A stretch of DNA of 64,000 bases from Bdellovibrionota bacterium (GTDB lineage Bacteria; Bdellovibrionota_C; UBA2361; JAAYZI01): assembly GCA_050950765.1 (NCBI GenBank), contig JBMNIF010000001.1, positions 384,001 through 448,000 of the forward strand, read 5' to 3'. Positions 63,465 to 64,000 of this stretch are shown here, piece by piece (within the stretch, counting starts at the first letter, position 1; every line of letters starts with the position of its first letter). The notes under the pieces are model-generated. The model searched no databases. It saw only the letters and a list, made by a program, of their open reading frames with translations, and was not told the DNA's origin. Position numbers and translations under genes: made by a program.

Positions 63465-64000
63465 GTGGAACAGGATAAAAAACAGATAAAAGATGAGTTC
63501 GATCCTGCTCAAAACGTTTCATTGGAGGTCTTTGCAAAAGATCTAAAAAACCTCTTCCAGATGAATGTTTTGAAAGAGAAGGTGCGTATCACTCCGCAAG
63601 GTCTTTTTGTTGAACTCTCTCTAAAACGTTCCCTTCTTGATAAGTATCAGGAGTGGCTACAGGAAAAAACACAAGGCGTTGCTGGTAAAAGTGAAAGAAA
63701 GTGCTTTAAACGTTTATTTAGTACTGAAAACCCTCCTCAATATTATCTTGTCGAAGGAAAAGTTAGCTTTTTAGGTTGCCTTGTGCCATTCCCTGTGCAG
63801 GCACCTCAAAACTTCGGCATCCCGTATTATTTAGGATCGTTAATTCCTGCTGACAATTATTTACATCCAAAGGATGAACGTTTAGATAATTTACCTAACG
63901 TTGAAGTTGTTCCCACTGCTGAGGGTGTTGAAGCACACCTCCGTGTTAAGAAATGGCGCTATAAAGTCTCACAAGCCTCCTTGCTAAGTTTTCGTGCTGT
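63465..64000 (+). CDS. Hypothetical protein, runs off the window
   Basis: Frame open from GTG 63465 to the end. Confidence 0.65.
   Translation, partial: MEQDKKQIKDEFDPAQNVSLEVFAKDLKNLFQMNVLKEKVRITPQGLFVELSLKRSLLDKYQEWLQEKTQGVAGKSERKCFKRLFSTENPPQYYLVEGKVSFLGCLVPFPVQAPQNFGIPYYLGSLIPADNYLHPKDERLDNLPNVEVVPTAEGVEAHLRVKKWRYKVSQASLLSFRA

Overview
AT-rich bacterial chromosome segment; gene content and order (carD-ispD, flgK-flgL-csrA-fliW, Flp pilins, Gld-type ABC) suggest a Deltaproteobacteria/Bdellovibrionota-like anaerobe (inference only). It holds housekeeping genes, a glycosylation cluster, a class III ribonucleotide reductase operon with NrdR boxes, one rRNA operon, tRNA-Val and an IS1634-like transposase. 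The dominant unexplained structure is a dispersed family of mosaic intergenic repeats built from two short cores (GAAGGGTGGCACCA and AAAGTGGGTGTCC) joined by re-used 60-110 bp modules, one carrying an IHF-consensus site. A RAYT-type HUH transposase flanked by the second core lies in the window. Other highlights: an (AGAC)12 tract that frameshifts an LTA-synthase-like gene, a candidate sigma28-driven structured ncRNA, compensatory changes in the 16S decoding helix and 23S H69, a ~196 nt 23S insertion, a partial duplicate 5S, and a degenerate serpin. Coordinates of non-coding features were read by eye and are approximate.
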